DNA of 64,000 nt from a virus (Duplodnaviria > Caudoviricetes). The translations under genes and the position numbers were made by a program. The stretch lies in IMG/VR virus record IMGVR_UViG_3300024323_000001, positions 12-64,011 of that record; one strand, given 5' to 3'. The stretch's first letter is position 1. The number at the start of each line of letters is the position of its first letter. Shown here in pieces: positions 26,223 through 37,017 of the stretch. Below the pieces are notes generated by a model. The model ran no database searches and was not told the DNA's origin. It saw only the letters and a program-made list of their open reading frames with translations.

Positions 26223-28955
26223 ATGCCCATCCTCCTCAAACCCGACTCCTGCTCCTCGTGCTCGCTCTACGGCGACGGCAAGGGATTCTCGCGCAACGAA
26301 GGGCACGGGACGAATGGAGTCCTAGTTGTGGGTGAAGCGCTCGGGCATAACGAGAAGACCGATGGCCTACCGTTCCGGCCCTACGCGCAAAGTGGAAGTT
26401 TATTCGAACGTGCATTGAAGCGCTGCGGTCTCTCGCGCGACCAGTTCCATATCACGAACGTTGTCCGCTGCCAGCCTCCGCATGACCATCTCGTCGGCGC
26501 AAGCTACGAGTTCGACGCCATCCAGAATTGTCATCAGTATCTGGCGGAGACGCTCCGAGTGTTCAAGCCCCGCTCGATATTGGCGCTCGGTGGCACCGCG
26601 GCGCGCGAGCTGACCGGATTCAGCGGGACGAAAGAGGGCGTCTCGTTCATCCGCGGCTACGCCATTCCATGTGCGCTCAAGGAAGCCGAAGGGATTCCCG
26701 TTGTCTCGACATTCCACCCTTCGTTCCTGCGCCAAGGGAAGCCTACCTACTTCGGTGTCCTGGTGCATGACCTGATGCGAGCCGTGCAGATTGCTAAGAG
26801 CGGCGCGACGACTCCAATCGCCACGACCTACCAGACCCACCCTTCGCTCGACGACGCTCTCGCCTTCGAGCAGCGCTGCTGCGCTGAGCAGGGCCGATGG
26901 CTCACCTACGATATCGAGACACCGAACTCGGCCGAGATGAGCGAAGATGAGAGGGATGAGGAGCGAAGCTATGACATCCAGCAAATCCAGTTCTCACTCG
27001 GAGTGGGCGAGGGAATCGTATTTCCAGCGACGCCTGAGTTCATGGATATCGCTCGGCGCATCATGGCGCTGGAGCATCGCAAGGCCGGATTCTACAATCA
27101 CCTTTTCGACGATGCGAGGCTGAGAGCGAATGGTTTCCAGTTCGGCGGCCCGCCGCCTCACGACTTGTATGAGATGTGGCATCACATGCAGCCTGATCTG
27201 CCTGCCAATCTACAGTTCGTGGCGAGCTTTTACGGAATGGATTCGCCCTGGAAGCATCTATACGGAGTCGATCTGGCCCTCTACGGCTGCGCTGACGTGG
27301 ATGCTCCTCATCGCATTCTGGGCGCTCTACCCGAGCAGCTCCGCAAGCGCGGACTCTGGGACGGCTACGAGAGGCTCGTCTACCAAGTACGACCCATCCT
27401 AGACCGGATGAGCGAGCGCGGCATTCCCATCAATGACGAGCGCCGGCGTGCCTTCGGCGCGGAGCTGGACATTGTCGCCGCAGAAGTAGATGCGGATATG
27501 CAGCGATTGGTGCCTGAGGAAATCCGCCGTCTGAATCCTCCACAAGGATATAAGCGTGGCCCTGAACATAAAGGTAGCAGCATCCCAGCGAATGTGTTTG
27601 ATGGTATGGATACGTTCGTGAATAAGGGGAAGGACGAAGACGGCGAGCCTGAGACGATTCATGCCGTGTGGAGGCAGCGGAACTTTAGCGGGGCAGTCCG
27701 CTGGGTCAAGGTCCTCGACTTCCGCACGTCATCCAAGCAACTAATTAGGTATATGGTTCATAAGGGCCACCCGGTCCCCATGAACATCAAGAAGGGCCGC
27801 GAGACCTCGGAGGCGAAGGAGTTGGAGCGCCTCGCGAAGAAGACACATGACCCGCTCTATCGCAAGGTGATCTGGCACCGCGAGGTGCGGCTGATGAAAT
27901 CGACGTTCGTCGATGGGTGGGCACCGAGTGAGCGCGACGGCCGGGTGCATACCACATTTACGTTCGCCCCGGCGACGCTTCAGCTCAGCTCGCGCGACCC
28001 CAATGTCCAGAACGCCCCCGAGCACGAGAAGGAAGGCCGCACGACGGGCCTAGCGGATAAGTTCCAGCGCATCATAGAGGCACCCAATGGCTATAAAATC
28101 GTCTCGTTCGACCACAAGTCGTTCCACGCGCTCACGCTTGCACATCTCGCGGGAGATGGCGACTACATGCGCGTGGTGCGGTTGGACGTTCACAGTTTCC
28201 TTGCCAGCCAATTCCTCAAGCTGGCTCCGGCACATAAACTGCTCGAAATGCGGGATGAAGAACTGCGTGAGTTTCTTGCGGGAGTTAAGAAAACTCACCG
28301 TGCTGTACGCGACGGGAAAGCAAAACGTACGATTCTCGGATGGGGTTTTGGAATGCAGAAGCGAACTCTCTATAACACGTATATGGAAAGTTTCGCCTCC
28401 GAGGCTGAAGCAGGGCAGATGATTCAATTACTGGAAGCCTCGTTCCCCAAGACCGTGAAGTGGCGCAAGCAGATCCAATACAAAGCGCACTACGACACTT
28501 ACCTAGTGAATTCGTTCGGGGCGATCCGCTGGTTCTGGGACGTCTTCAACTTCGGCCCGAACGGCCAGCTACGGAACGGCGAGCAAGCCGAGCAGGCCAT
28601 CGCCTACCTGCCGGCGTCGAATGCGTTCGGGATGATGCGCGAGGAAGCGCGTGAGATGGAGCGCTGCGGACTGGATGAGCGCTACGGGCTGGTCAACAAC
28701 GTCCATGATGCGTGGAAGTTCGTCTGCCCTGACGCGCTCGTCGAGGAGTGCCTTCACACAATCAAGCCGCTGATGGAAGCGCCCTCGGCGACGTTCGGTG
28801 GGCTGTGGTGCGCGGTGCAGGCGTCGGTGGGTCAGAACAATGCCGCGAAGTCGGCGGAGAATCCGAATGGAAGGGAAGAGGTGAGTGTCAATGTCCAAGA
28901 TACGATTGAGCAGCGCGCAGTGCGAGAGAATCCGGGAGTCGCTGCGGCACTATGA
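26223..28955 (+). CDS. Family A DNA polymerase with N-terminal family-4-like uracil-DNA glycosylase and 3'-5' exonuclease
   Basis: UDG: CSSC, VGEALG, TNVVRCQPP, FHPSF; Exo: YDIET, NHLFD, YGCAD; Pol: LSSRDPNVQN, FDHKSFH, AKRTILGWGFG, VHDA. Confidence 0.9.
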   Translation: MPILLKPDSCSSCSLYGDGKGFSRNEGHGTNGVLVVGEALGHNEKTDGLPFRPYAQSGSLFERALKRCGLSRDQFHITNVVRCQPPHDHLVGASYEFDAIQNCHQYLAETLRVFKPRSILALGGTAARELTGFSGTKEGVSFIRGYAIPCALKEAEGIPVVSTFHPSFLRQGKPTYFGVLVHDLMRAVQIAKSGATTPIATTYQTHPSLDDALAFEQRCCAEQGRWLTYDIETPNSAEMSEDERDEERSYDIQQIQFSLGVGEGIVFPATPEFMDIARRIMALEHRKAGFYNHLFDDARLRANGFQFGGPPPHDLYEMWHHMQPDLPANLQFVASFYGMDSPWKHLYGVDLALYGCADVDAPHRILGALPEQLRKRGLWDGYERLVYQVRPILDRMSERGIPINDERRRAFGAELDIVAAEVDADMQRLVPEEIRRLNPPQGYKRGPEHKGSSIPANVFDGMDTFVNKGKDEDGEPETIHAVWRQRNFSGAVRWVKVLDFRTSSKQLIRYMVHKGHPVPMNIKKGRETSEAKELERLAKKTHDPLYRKVIWHREVRLMKSTFVDGWAPSERDGRVHTTFTFAPATLQLSSRDPNVQNAPEHEKEGRTTGLADKFQRIIEAPNGYKIVSFDHKSFHALTLAHLAGDGDYMRVVRLDVHSFLASQFLKLAPAHKLLEMRDEELREFLAGVKKTHRAVRDGKAKRTILGWGFGMQKRTLYNTYMESFASEAEAGQMIQLLEASFPKTVKWRKQIQYKAHYDTYLVNSFGAIRWFWDVFNFGPNGQLRNGEQAEQAIAYLPASNAFGMMREEAREMERCGLDERYGLVNNVHDAWKFVCPDALVEECLHTIKPLMEAPSATFGGLWCAVQASVGQNNAAKSAENPNGREEVSVNVQDTIEQRAVRENPGVAAAL

Positions 28956-29369
28956 AGCGCAAAGGGGCCAAGGGCGTCATGCGCCAGTCGAGGACCTCGT
29001 CGAGGAAATCCTCAACACGGTCCTATCGGAAATCGAGTTCTCGACGCAAGTGCGCGAGGAACGACCTTATGAACTTGCGGAGCTTATTGGTGGAGGCGTG
29101 CAAGCTGCTGGAGCAGTACTACCCCGAACTGTTCACGCGGAGGCTCCGAGTGTGGTGGACGGCGCAGAAGCTCACAGCGCGGAAGCCGGAGCGGAACGAC
29201 AGCGCGACGATCGCGAGGTTGATGGATGAGATGAGTGAGCGGGCGGCAGGAGACGATTAGGGGACCGCCCATTTGGATTCTTGTAGCAGGGTTCAGGGCT
29301 GTAAGAGTTTTTGCGACCACCGAGCGGCGGGCAGCTTGGGTGGCTATCGCGTCAGGAAAGTGAGGGGCG

Positions 29370-30047
29370 GTGAGATTGCTTGATTTATTCTGCGGACGCT
29401 GGGGCTGGTCACGCGCTTTCGCTGCGCGGGGCTGGGAGTGCGTGGGCGTGGACTTGGTAGAGCCTCCTGAGATTCCGCATGGTTGCACGTTCGTGAATGC
29501 CAATGTCCTAGATTTTGGCGTTTGCAACGGAAAAGTATGCTCGCTCTCCGGTCACGCATGGGATATAGATTTTATTGTCGCTTCTTCGCCCTGTGAGCAA
29601 TTCTCCCTTCACGGCATGAAGCATTTCCACCCTAATCCGCCATATCCTGCGTTGGGCGCCGCGCTGTTCAATCACACACGCCATTTGTGCGCGAGTAGCG
29701 GCCTGCCTTATGTGATGGAGAATGTCCGAGCGGCTGAAAAGTTTGTCGGCAAGGCAATAAACCGATGCGGACCTTTTTACCTGTGGGGAAATGCCGTACC
29801 ACCCTTACTCCATCTTGGAATCAAGAAGGGCAATCGCTTCCGTGGAGCTCCGGGTGCGTATATGGAGAAGCGGCCGGCGGGGGTGAGCGTTAAAGAGTGG
29901 CGCAACCGTTACCAGCAAGAAGCCGAGAGATTGGCCGGCGGGCGAGCAAACTGCGCGAATTACGCGGCGACCATCCCGCCCGAACTGGCAAACTGTGTTG
30001 CTCAATACGCCGAGAGGCTGTTGGAAATGGCGGAGATGCTGAAATGA
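29370..30047 (+). CDS. Compact C5-cytosine DNA methyltransferase-like protein
   Basis: LDLFCG (motif I), SSPC (IV), MENV (VI). Confidence 0.75.
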   Translation: MRLLDLFCGRWGWSRAFAARGWECVGVDLVEPPEIPHGCTFVNANVLDFGVCNGKVCSLSGHAWDIDFIVASSPCEQFSLHGMKHFHPNPPYPALGAALFNHTRHLCASSGLPYVMENVRAAEKFVGKAINRCGPFYLWGNAVPPLLHLGIKKGNRFRGAPGAYMEKRPAGVSVKEWRNRYQQEAERLAGGRANCANYAATIPPELANCVAQYAERLLEMAEMLK

Positions 30048-30577
30048 GACACGACCTCTGCGAATCAGCGAAGCAAGGAAGGCTTTGTATTGACGACCTG
30101 TGCCACAACGGCGGCGAGACGCTTTGTGGATTTGACCTGTTCGACTATCAGGACATGCTTGACCTCGACGAAGAAAAATCGGCCGATTTTGATGATTGTA
30201 TGGACTGTGGAATGTGTGACAACTGTATCGCCCGGACACGCGCATTCTTTGAGGAGATGGAAGAGAATGAGACTTAGAAATGTTGATAGGGCTTTAGGCC
30301 ATATAGTTTTCGAGGAATCTTCTGCTGAAGTAGATGATGCTTCCGTGAATCGCCTCGCAAGTCTACTCGAACTAGTCGAAGATGAAGAGGCCGATTGGTG
30401 GCATAGGAAATGGCATCAAGATACTGGGATTCCGTGCGATGGCTCAAGACAATTCTGCCCATTAGCGATGCGGAGGCAGCCATGAGAGTTAAGTGCAACT
30501 CATGCGCGGCTGATTATGATGAGCAGTGGCGCGGAACCACTTGCAGCGCATGTGATGGAATCATTGGAGGAAAAGTA

Positions 30578-30913
30578 ATGACTGGGCCTGAAAACAATCC
30601 CCGTGACGATCAGCCGTTTGACCAGAAGTCATACGATGAATGGGCATCTGGGCAGCGTATTGTCTTCCGTGCAATCTGTGAGGAAATCCGCGCTGAGCGT
30701 GAAGCTCAAGATGCGGAATGGGGTGGTTCTGCGCACGATGACGCGCATTCACAATTTGATTGGTGGAGCTATATCAAAGCCCACAACGACCGTTCGATTC
30801 GCGGACAGAACCGTGACGACTGCCGCTATCAGTTGGTTCGCGTTGCGGCCCTGGCAGTGGCAGCAATCCAGTCTTTTGACCGCAAGCAAAAGGCGGTTGC
30901 CGATGGGCGGTAG
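30578..30913 (+). CDS. All-alpha MazG-like / NTP-pyrophosphatase-like protein
   Basis: EIRAEREAQDAEWG...QLVRVAALAVAAIQS. Confidence 0.5.
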   Translation: MTGPENNPRDDQPFDQKSYDEWASGQRIVFRAICEEIRAEREAQDAEWGGSAHDDAHSQFDWWSYIKAHNDRSIRGQNRDDCRYQLVRVAALAVAAIQSFDRKQKAVADGR

Positions 30914-33690
30914 CCATGATGCTGCCCACGCTGAGCTGGTCGCAAAAAGAATTTTCGGGCGGCTCAGGCACGTAGGCGGCCCGGGGTGCAGATTTTCTAG
31001 CAAGGTTCAGTCGAAAAGGAGAAAGACGATGAGACTTAGTGAGGCAATTAATTTGGGGAGTTCGGTACTAAAGCCGATTGGCGCTCATATCGAAGGCTGT
31101 GCAATGGGAATGGCATTGATGGCCGTTGATGGAAAAATAGTCGCAAAGGAATCCGCTGAGGCGATTCGCAAACATTGGGAATGGGCGACAGAAATGTTTC
31201 TGCCCTCTCCCTGCGAGTGCCCTTCCGAGAGAACGGTCAGGCCAGTGTCGTCTGTAGTTATGCACCTGTTCGATGCCCACGTAATGCAGGGTTCTGGATA
31301 TGAAGCATGTATTAGGCGCGAACCTTGGTCCAAATGGACGCTTGAGCAGCTAGTGGACTGGGTTCGCTCGGTTGAGCCACCTGAACTTGAGGAAGTTGCA
31401 GATGGCGGTAGGGCCGAAACGATCTCGGCTACAAATCCGGTTTGCGCTAAGTAGGAATGTTTTCGGGCGGGGGAGAGGAGAACAGAACGTGAGCGAGCAA
31501 ACAAAACTACCAATTCAGCGGCATCCGTACTGCAAGGTTGACCGTTGCGAAATCTGCTTGGAGGACTGTCTTGCGCTGAATGATTACCTATTTGAGCGCA
31601 CGGGCCTACAGCGGAGATTCCATGACATGTTAGGAGAGTATCGGGCGTGGCTGGATAGCTACGGCATACCAGCAGAATCACCTAGTGGATGGGCATTGCC
31701 TACAGTCTTTCAAGAGAAGAATGTAGAAGCCTTTATAGCGGAACAAATTGGGCGGGGCGCGGAGGCATCCCAATGAGCGCGACATTCAAACGCAAGGGCG
31801 AAAAGACTCGCTATTCCTTTTCTGATGCTCTGTGCATTGGCCGGAAGTGCTGGGCACCAGGGATGTACCAACATCGAGGCGCAACGCTGAGTGGCTCTCG
31901 CAATACCGGAAGCCCGGACACGCCCTGCTGTCTCAATAGAGCTTATTGCGGCTGCCCTAGCGGGCCAGTGGGCGAGCGAAAGGAATTTGACGATTACCTG
32001 CAAGTGGAAATTACGATTCAGGGCTTGCCGGAACCATCGAAGGAATTGGCGAAAGAACGCAAGTTTGAAGGCTGGAAGTTGGCGTGATCGCGTGGCCCGC
32101 AGCCCTAGCCGGGAGCGAGGAGAGCGATGGCAAAGCCAAGTGAGATTGACATTGGGTTCATGGCAGGGGTTGCGTGCGCTCTCGCAGTGGTGGCCCTACA
32201 CGGCGAGGATACGATCTTCGACGAAATCGTGAAGTCTGTCGGCGAGGAAAAGTTGATTAGCGAATGTCGGCGGCGTGGCGTGATGCGCTGGTCGGGACTG
32301 AGCGATTACGTGCGGCGAAAGGCGGTGCCCCATGCCTGACAAACCGGACGTGGACTTAGCGAGGGCGCGGGAATTTACCCGAAGGTTCGCCGCGATAAAC
32401 GAAATGCCCGGCGAATGGCAGGAATTATTCAGATCGCAGCTTGCCGCAGAGTTCAGGGCCGTGCGGCTGGAAGAGGCGAAGTGGTGGCATAACGCCACGA
32501 ATCCAGATCACATTTGCGCCGAGTGGCTTGAGCGCAGGAAGGCTTTTGCGGACGAAGAGGAGATGCGGGAGTGCAAGCGAATCGTGGAACTGGAGGCCAG
32601 TAAATGAGCACCGGCGAACGAGCGGCGGGCGGGCTTGAAGCGTTGCGCGGACAGTGGAAGCGTGAAGCCCTTGAATTTGAAAGCGAAATAGCTCGCGCAG
32701 CAGTGATGATTCGAGCCGACGCGCTGGCTCCGCACATAGCAGCAGCGAAGGAGCGGGAAGAGAAGTTGTGGGCGCTAGTGGATGAATTCGGGTTGCTTCG
32801 TAAGGAATGGGAAGCTGACCGGCTGGCCGCGATCCTGGGAGTTCGCCCATGACCCCTCCAATCAAAGCGGGGCAGCGCGGGAGGAAGAAGCAGGTGCGGG
32901 AGACTCACGAATCCTTCATTTGCCAAACTGAGTCGGGAACTAGATTTGTATATTTGGGCTGGAAGATGCATCCGGTTGCTCGTGAAGGCGACAAGGTGCG
33001 CGTAACCGTTACTTTGCTGGCGAGGACGCGGAAAGGAAGGTGAGAGATGACTGACAAACAGCGGGTGAGCAGGGCGTATCAGGAATATCTCCAAGCAGAA
33101 AAGATATTGGGCGATGGCGCGGCAACGGGGCCATACAGGAAAGTGGTTGTGATGGCCCTGATTCGGATAGTCAATCTTTTGGAACGAGGAGCGGCGCGGA
33201 AAGGGTGAGCGAACGATGAGCGAGCTTTCACTGGATTCGGCGATTACGATTGCCGAAGAGTTTGTTAAAGAATACCAGCGCCTTGTGAATGGCGGATTTA
33301 CGCATTGGAATAAAGCGAACATGGGGCGCTTGCTCCAAGCTGGCGTGAATGCCGCCCTGGCCGAGAAGCCAGCCGAGCGGCCAGTGCTCCAAGCGGAGCC
33401 GCGAAAGCCGAATCTTACTCCGCTAGAGCTGGCGCTAGAAGTAGGTTGGGAAAAGTGGTATGCGGGTGGTTGTCACGAACCGGGTTGCGGTTGCGTCACG
33501 GAGTATATGAAAAATGAACTTGCACCATTTGTCGCACGGGCCGAGCGTGCGGCGTTCGAGAAGGCGGCGCAGTGCGTTGAAATTGGACCGCCGGTGGATA
33601 TGAATTGGTCGTGGAACCGTGACCAAGTAGCGAAGGCCATCCGTGCGCTGGCCGACTCCCCAGTCAGCGGCGCAGCGAAGGAAAAACGGG

Positions 33691-34083
33691 ATGCCAACAC
33701 TTAGAGAACTTGATGGGCAATTCATTGCCTACCGCATGGAGAGCAAAGAAGAAATGGCTGCACGAGGCGTTGCGATTCCTGTGGATTATTTCCAGCGCGT
33801 AGATTCCTTTGCTGAGGCTCATGGTATTCACTTCCTCTGCCCGAAAGCATTCGCAAAGAACGGCGGTCCAGTAGGAACGCATCGAGTGCAGGTCTACTTT
33901 GCCGGCAGTCCTGTGCCACAGCACTTAGGCAAAAACAAAGACGGTCAGACTGTCCGCTGGAATGCGAGCGGAAGCGGATTAGATGATTTGTCGCTCTCGC
34001 CGTCCATCCAAGAGCAGGACGACGTTTGTGGCTGGCATGGATTTGTTGGCAATAGCGGAGTTCCAGCGGGAAGTGCGGCATGA
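33691..34083 (+). CDS. DUF6527-like protein
   Basis: FLCPK...WNASG...LSLSPSI...CGWHGFV. Confidence 0.55.
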   Translation: MPTLRELDGQFIAYRMESKEEMAARGVAIPVDYFQRVDSFAEAHGIHFLCPKAFAKNGGPVGTHRVQVYFAGSPVPQHLGKNKDGQTVRWNASGSGLDDLSLSPSIQEQDDVCGWHGFVGNSGVPAGSAA

Positions 34084-34386
34084 CCGAGCGCGGCCCCGTG
34101 CGGGACGGTGGAGGGGAAAAGTGAGCATCGAATCTGAGAATCCTGAGATTTGGCCGGGAATGAAAAGCGTGGATTTATCTAAGGCATGGCTGCCCGTGCG
34201 CCTGTGGTGGGGCTTCAAGGCAACGCGGAACATTCGATTCTGGCAGGATATTGCGCTGGCCAAATTTGTCACCGAGGATTACGAAGGCGCTATTTCTGCT
34301 TTGGCGCAAGCGAAGTTCTGGTTTACGGTGAGCGGTATGGCAAGGCATGTCAAGGCGCGTGCCAGCCAGCCGGAAAGGAAGTCCGA

Positions 34387-35307
34387 ATGAACGAGAGAAC
34401 GAAGTTTCAAGGTTTTCCCTGGTGGGCGCTATTCCCGCTAATTCTGCTGGTTACCGGCTCCGTGTTTTATGGCTATTCAGTGGGCTTAGAAATTGGCAAC
34501 TCGCGTGGCCGCGCCGAGCAAGCCAAGATCGACGCAGCGAAGCCGCCAGCGGCCCGCGCTGGCTACACGACGAGCCAACTATTCGCGTTTGATGACAACG
34601 ACATCAGCATCACCGCGCCAGATGGGTGGACGTTCTTTTTCAACTGCCCTGTTGTAGACGCCTCTAACAAGAGGCTTTCGATTGGCTGCACCGAGGAGCG
34701 CGCCTTCCAAGCCATCGAGCGATGCAAAAAAGTGGGCCAGTATCTAAGCGGTCCACCGGATTGGAAATGCATTGACTCGCCGTCCGCCCCCGCCCCGAAG
34801 CCCAGCAAGGGAAGCGCGCCAGCGACAAAGGACGACGCTAGAGAGGCTATCGAAACCGCCTATATGCGCGGATGGAAGGACGGTTGTATGGCATCACTTT
34901 CACCAAGCCGTGCAGCCAAACCGTATCAGTGTGAGCCGCCCGTCGCCGCTTCCAAGCCACAGCCAGCGCCTGAGTCAAAGATTCCCCATTGCAATGGTGA
35001 ACCCTGCGTCTATATGCCGCTGAGCACATACCAAGAATTTGAGGCGATAGTCGAGAAAGTGTGCCCTAGCCTGATGTTCGATGGCGTAACAGGCCAATGT
35101 GAGAATCCTTCATCTAGCGGCCCCTTTATCCCCCTTTGCTCGGCATACAACACCGAGACAGGGGAAGCCACCTGCAAGCCACAGCCTCCACGAGACTGCG
35201 AGTGTCACCCGGATGAAAATGGTACATTGACCTGCACTTGCTCAACAGGCGAAGCGATTCACATTTCTGGCGATACCGCCAAGCCACAGCCTGAGGTGCC
35301 GCAATGA
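34387..35307 (+). CDS. Membrane-anchored Cys/Pro-rich protein
   Basis: N-terminal transmembrane segment WWALFPLILLVTGSVFYG; many Cys in the C-terminal part. Confidence 0.65.
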   Translation: MNERTKFQGFPWWALFPLILLVTGSVFYGYSVGLEIGNSRGRAEQAKIDAAKPPAARAGYTTSQLFAFDDNDISITAPDGWTFFFNCPVVDASNKRLSIGCTEERAFQAIERCKKVGQYLSGPPDWKCIDSPSAPAPKPSKGSAPATKDDAREAIETAYMRGWKDGCMASLSPSRAAKPYQCEPPVAASKPQPAPESKIPHCNGEPCVYMPLSTYQEFEAIVEKVCPSLMFDGVTGQCENPSSSGPFIPLCSAYNTETGEATCKPQPPRDCECHPDENGTLTCTCSTGEAIHISGDTAKPQPEVPQ

Positions 35308-35619
35308 AGCGTGATTTCAAGCTATTTTGCTGTGAGCACCGGAGGCGCGGAAAGCGAAAGTGGGATGTCGTTCTTACTACTCTCTCGCACAAAGAGGCGT
35401 TCAATCAGATGTGCTACTGGAAAATCAACGCGGTTCCGCTAAAGGATTGGGAACATCGGCTGATGATTTACGATGGTTTGCTGAAAGGGCGGAGGGCAAA
35501 GTGAGAACCTTGACCGGCTGGGCGATGCTGCTGTGGAGGTTGGGGGCGCTGTACGGGCGTAAAAGTTTCTGGTGGTAAGGGCACGTTCAAAGTAGTACAA
35601 ATCTAAATAAGGAGCTTCT

Positions 35620-36177
35620 ATGAATCTATCTCGCAGACAATTTAACGGCCATTTGGTCTATGGGGGATTAGGGCTGGCTTTGGCTGGCGCTTCAGTATCA
35701 CTCGAAGGATGCAGCGCACTCGACAACCTCACCACCTGGGTTCCGGTGGGGCTGGCGGCGTTCGACGGCATCGCGGCTATCGTGGATGGACCGTTCACGG
35801 CCATCGCTACCACGGTGGACAACCTGTGGGCCGCTGTGCAGAACGCCATAAACCTCTACCAGCACTCCACCGACCCGCAAGTAACCCGCCTCGACAAAGT
35901 AATCGCCACGCTCGACGCGCTCTCAGGTGGACTCACTCAAGCTCTCGCTGCGCTCCCTGTCAGCATCCCCGCCGCCGTCCTCTCAGCGGCAAAGCTCGGC
36001 TTGACGTTGCTCATCTCCACGCTGAACAGCATCCGCAACAAGCTCCAGCCTGCGCCCGTTCCTGCGGCCATGAAAGCGGCAATCGGCTCGGTTGCTCCGG
36101 CCAAGAACAAAAACGACTTCATCAAAAAGTTCAATGCGATTATGGCTGACAACGGCCAAACGCTTCGGGTGAAATAA
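35620..36177 (+). CDS. Tat-signal lipoprotein
   Basis: SRRQF twin-arginine motif, hydrophobic region, LEGC lipobox; AAGGAG RBS. Confidence 0.75.
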   Translation: MNLSRRQFNGHLVYGGLGLALAGASVSLEGCSALDNLTTWVPVGLAAFDGIAAIVDGPFTAIATTVDNLWAAVQNAINLYQHSTDPQVTRLDKVIATLDALSGGLTQALAALPVSIPAAVLSAAKLGLTLLISTLNSIRNKLQPAPVPAAMKAAIGSVAPAKNKNDFIKKFNAIMADNGQTLRVK

Positions 36178-36899
36178 TGAAGTTCGGCAAACTCCCCGCC
36201 GTTCGCAGCCTCAAGATGGCTTCGATGTCCAACCACATGAACATGAGGCTGGTCAAATATCGCCCGGTACGGGCATGGGAGCGCGACATCGTTCTAGGGA
36301 TGCTAGGCAATGATAGAATCGGCCTTTGCACGGTGGCCGCGATGTACCACCTGCGAATGACCCAACGCTCCGTAGCGCGAGCGGGAAGCCCACTTATCGT
36401 CACGGATGCAGAAGCGATTTCCGACTACTCCGCCATCACGGGATACGATGGGACGGAAGCAACGGACAATGGGGCAGTTTGCCTCGACGTAATCAACTGG
36501 TACAAGGCCAAGGGGATTATTCTTGGCGCGGCCAGTGTTGACGTTCAGAACATCGAAATGGTGAAGGCCGTCATCGACATCTTCGGCGGAATCTATACGG
36601 GATTCACCGTTCCGCAGTCGATGGTGGACGAGCTGAATCAGGGCATAGACCCGACCTTCAAGTTCCTGCCGAATGACAAGCCCACGAACGAAGGCCATTG
36701 CGTGAACTGGGAGGGCTACGGATCCATCGGCTCCGCTCTTGATTCCTGGGGCAAGGTCTATCGAACAGTATGGGAGTTCTGGCAGCAATGGGTTACGGAA
36801 GCCTACGCCATCGTAACCCCCGATTGGATTAAGGTCTCTGGCGTCTCGCCCAGCGGCCTCGACCTGAACGGACTTATCGAAGACTTGAGCGCGGTGTAG
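36177..36899 (+). CDS. Papain-like cysteine peptidase
   Basis: MLGNDRIGLCTVAA (catalytic Cys), GHCV (His), DSWG. Confidence 0.7.
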   Translation: MKFGKLPAVRSLKMASMSNHMNMRLVKYRPVRAWERDIVLGMLGNDRIGLCTVAAMYHLRMTQRSVARAGSPLIVTDAEAISDYSAITGYDGTEATDNGAVCLDVINWYKAKGIILGAASVDVQNIEMVKAVIDIFGGIYTGFTVPQSMVDELNQGIDPTFKFLPNDKPTNEGHCVNWEGYGSIGSALDSWGKVYRTVWEFWQQWVTEAYAIVTPDWIKVSGVSPSGLDLNGLIEDLSAV

Positions 36900-37017
36900 C
36901 GTGTTCGGCCACGACGACAAGGATATTCTTCGCCTGCTTCACAAGGTCTTGGATATACTTGAGCGGGCTTTCGCAGTAACCGACTTTCAGCTATTTCAAC
37001 GAAAAGGAGATTTCATT

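Larger units (their letters stand above)
30044..35504 (+). other. Array of ~15 short, translationally coupled accessory ORFs (nin-like region)
   Basis: Successive ATGA/GTGA overlaps, 50-300 aa ORFs, many Cys-rich. Confidence 0.7.

Noticed and set aside
26223-28955. Z-genome (DpoZ/PurZ) system
   Set aside because: No PurZ-like gene is recognisable in the genome
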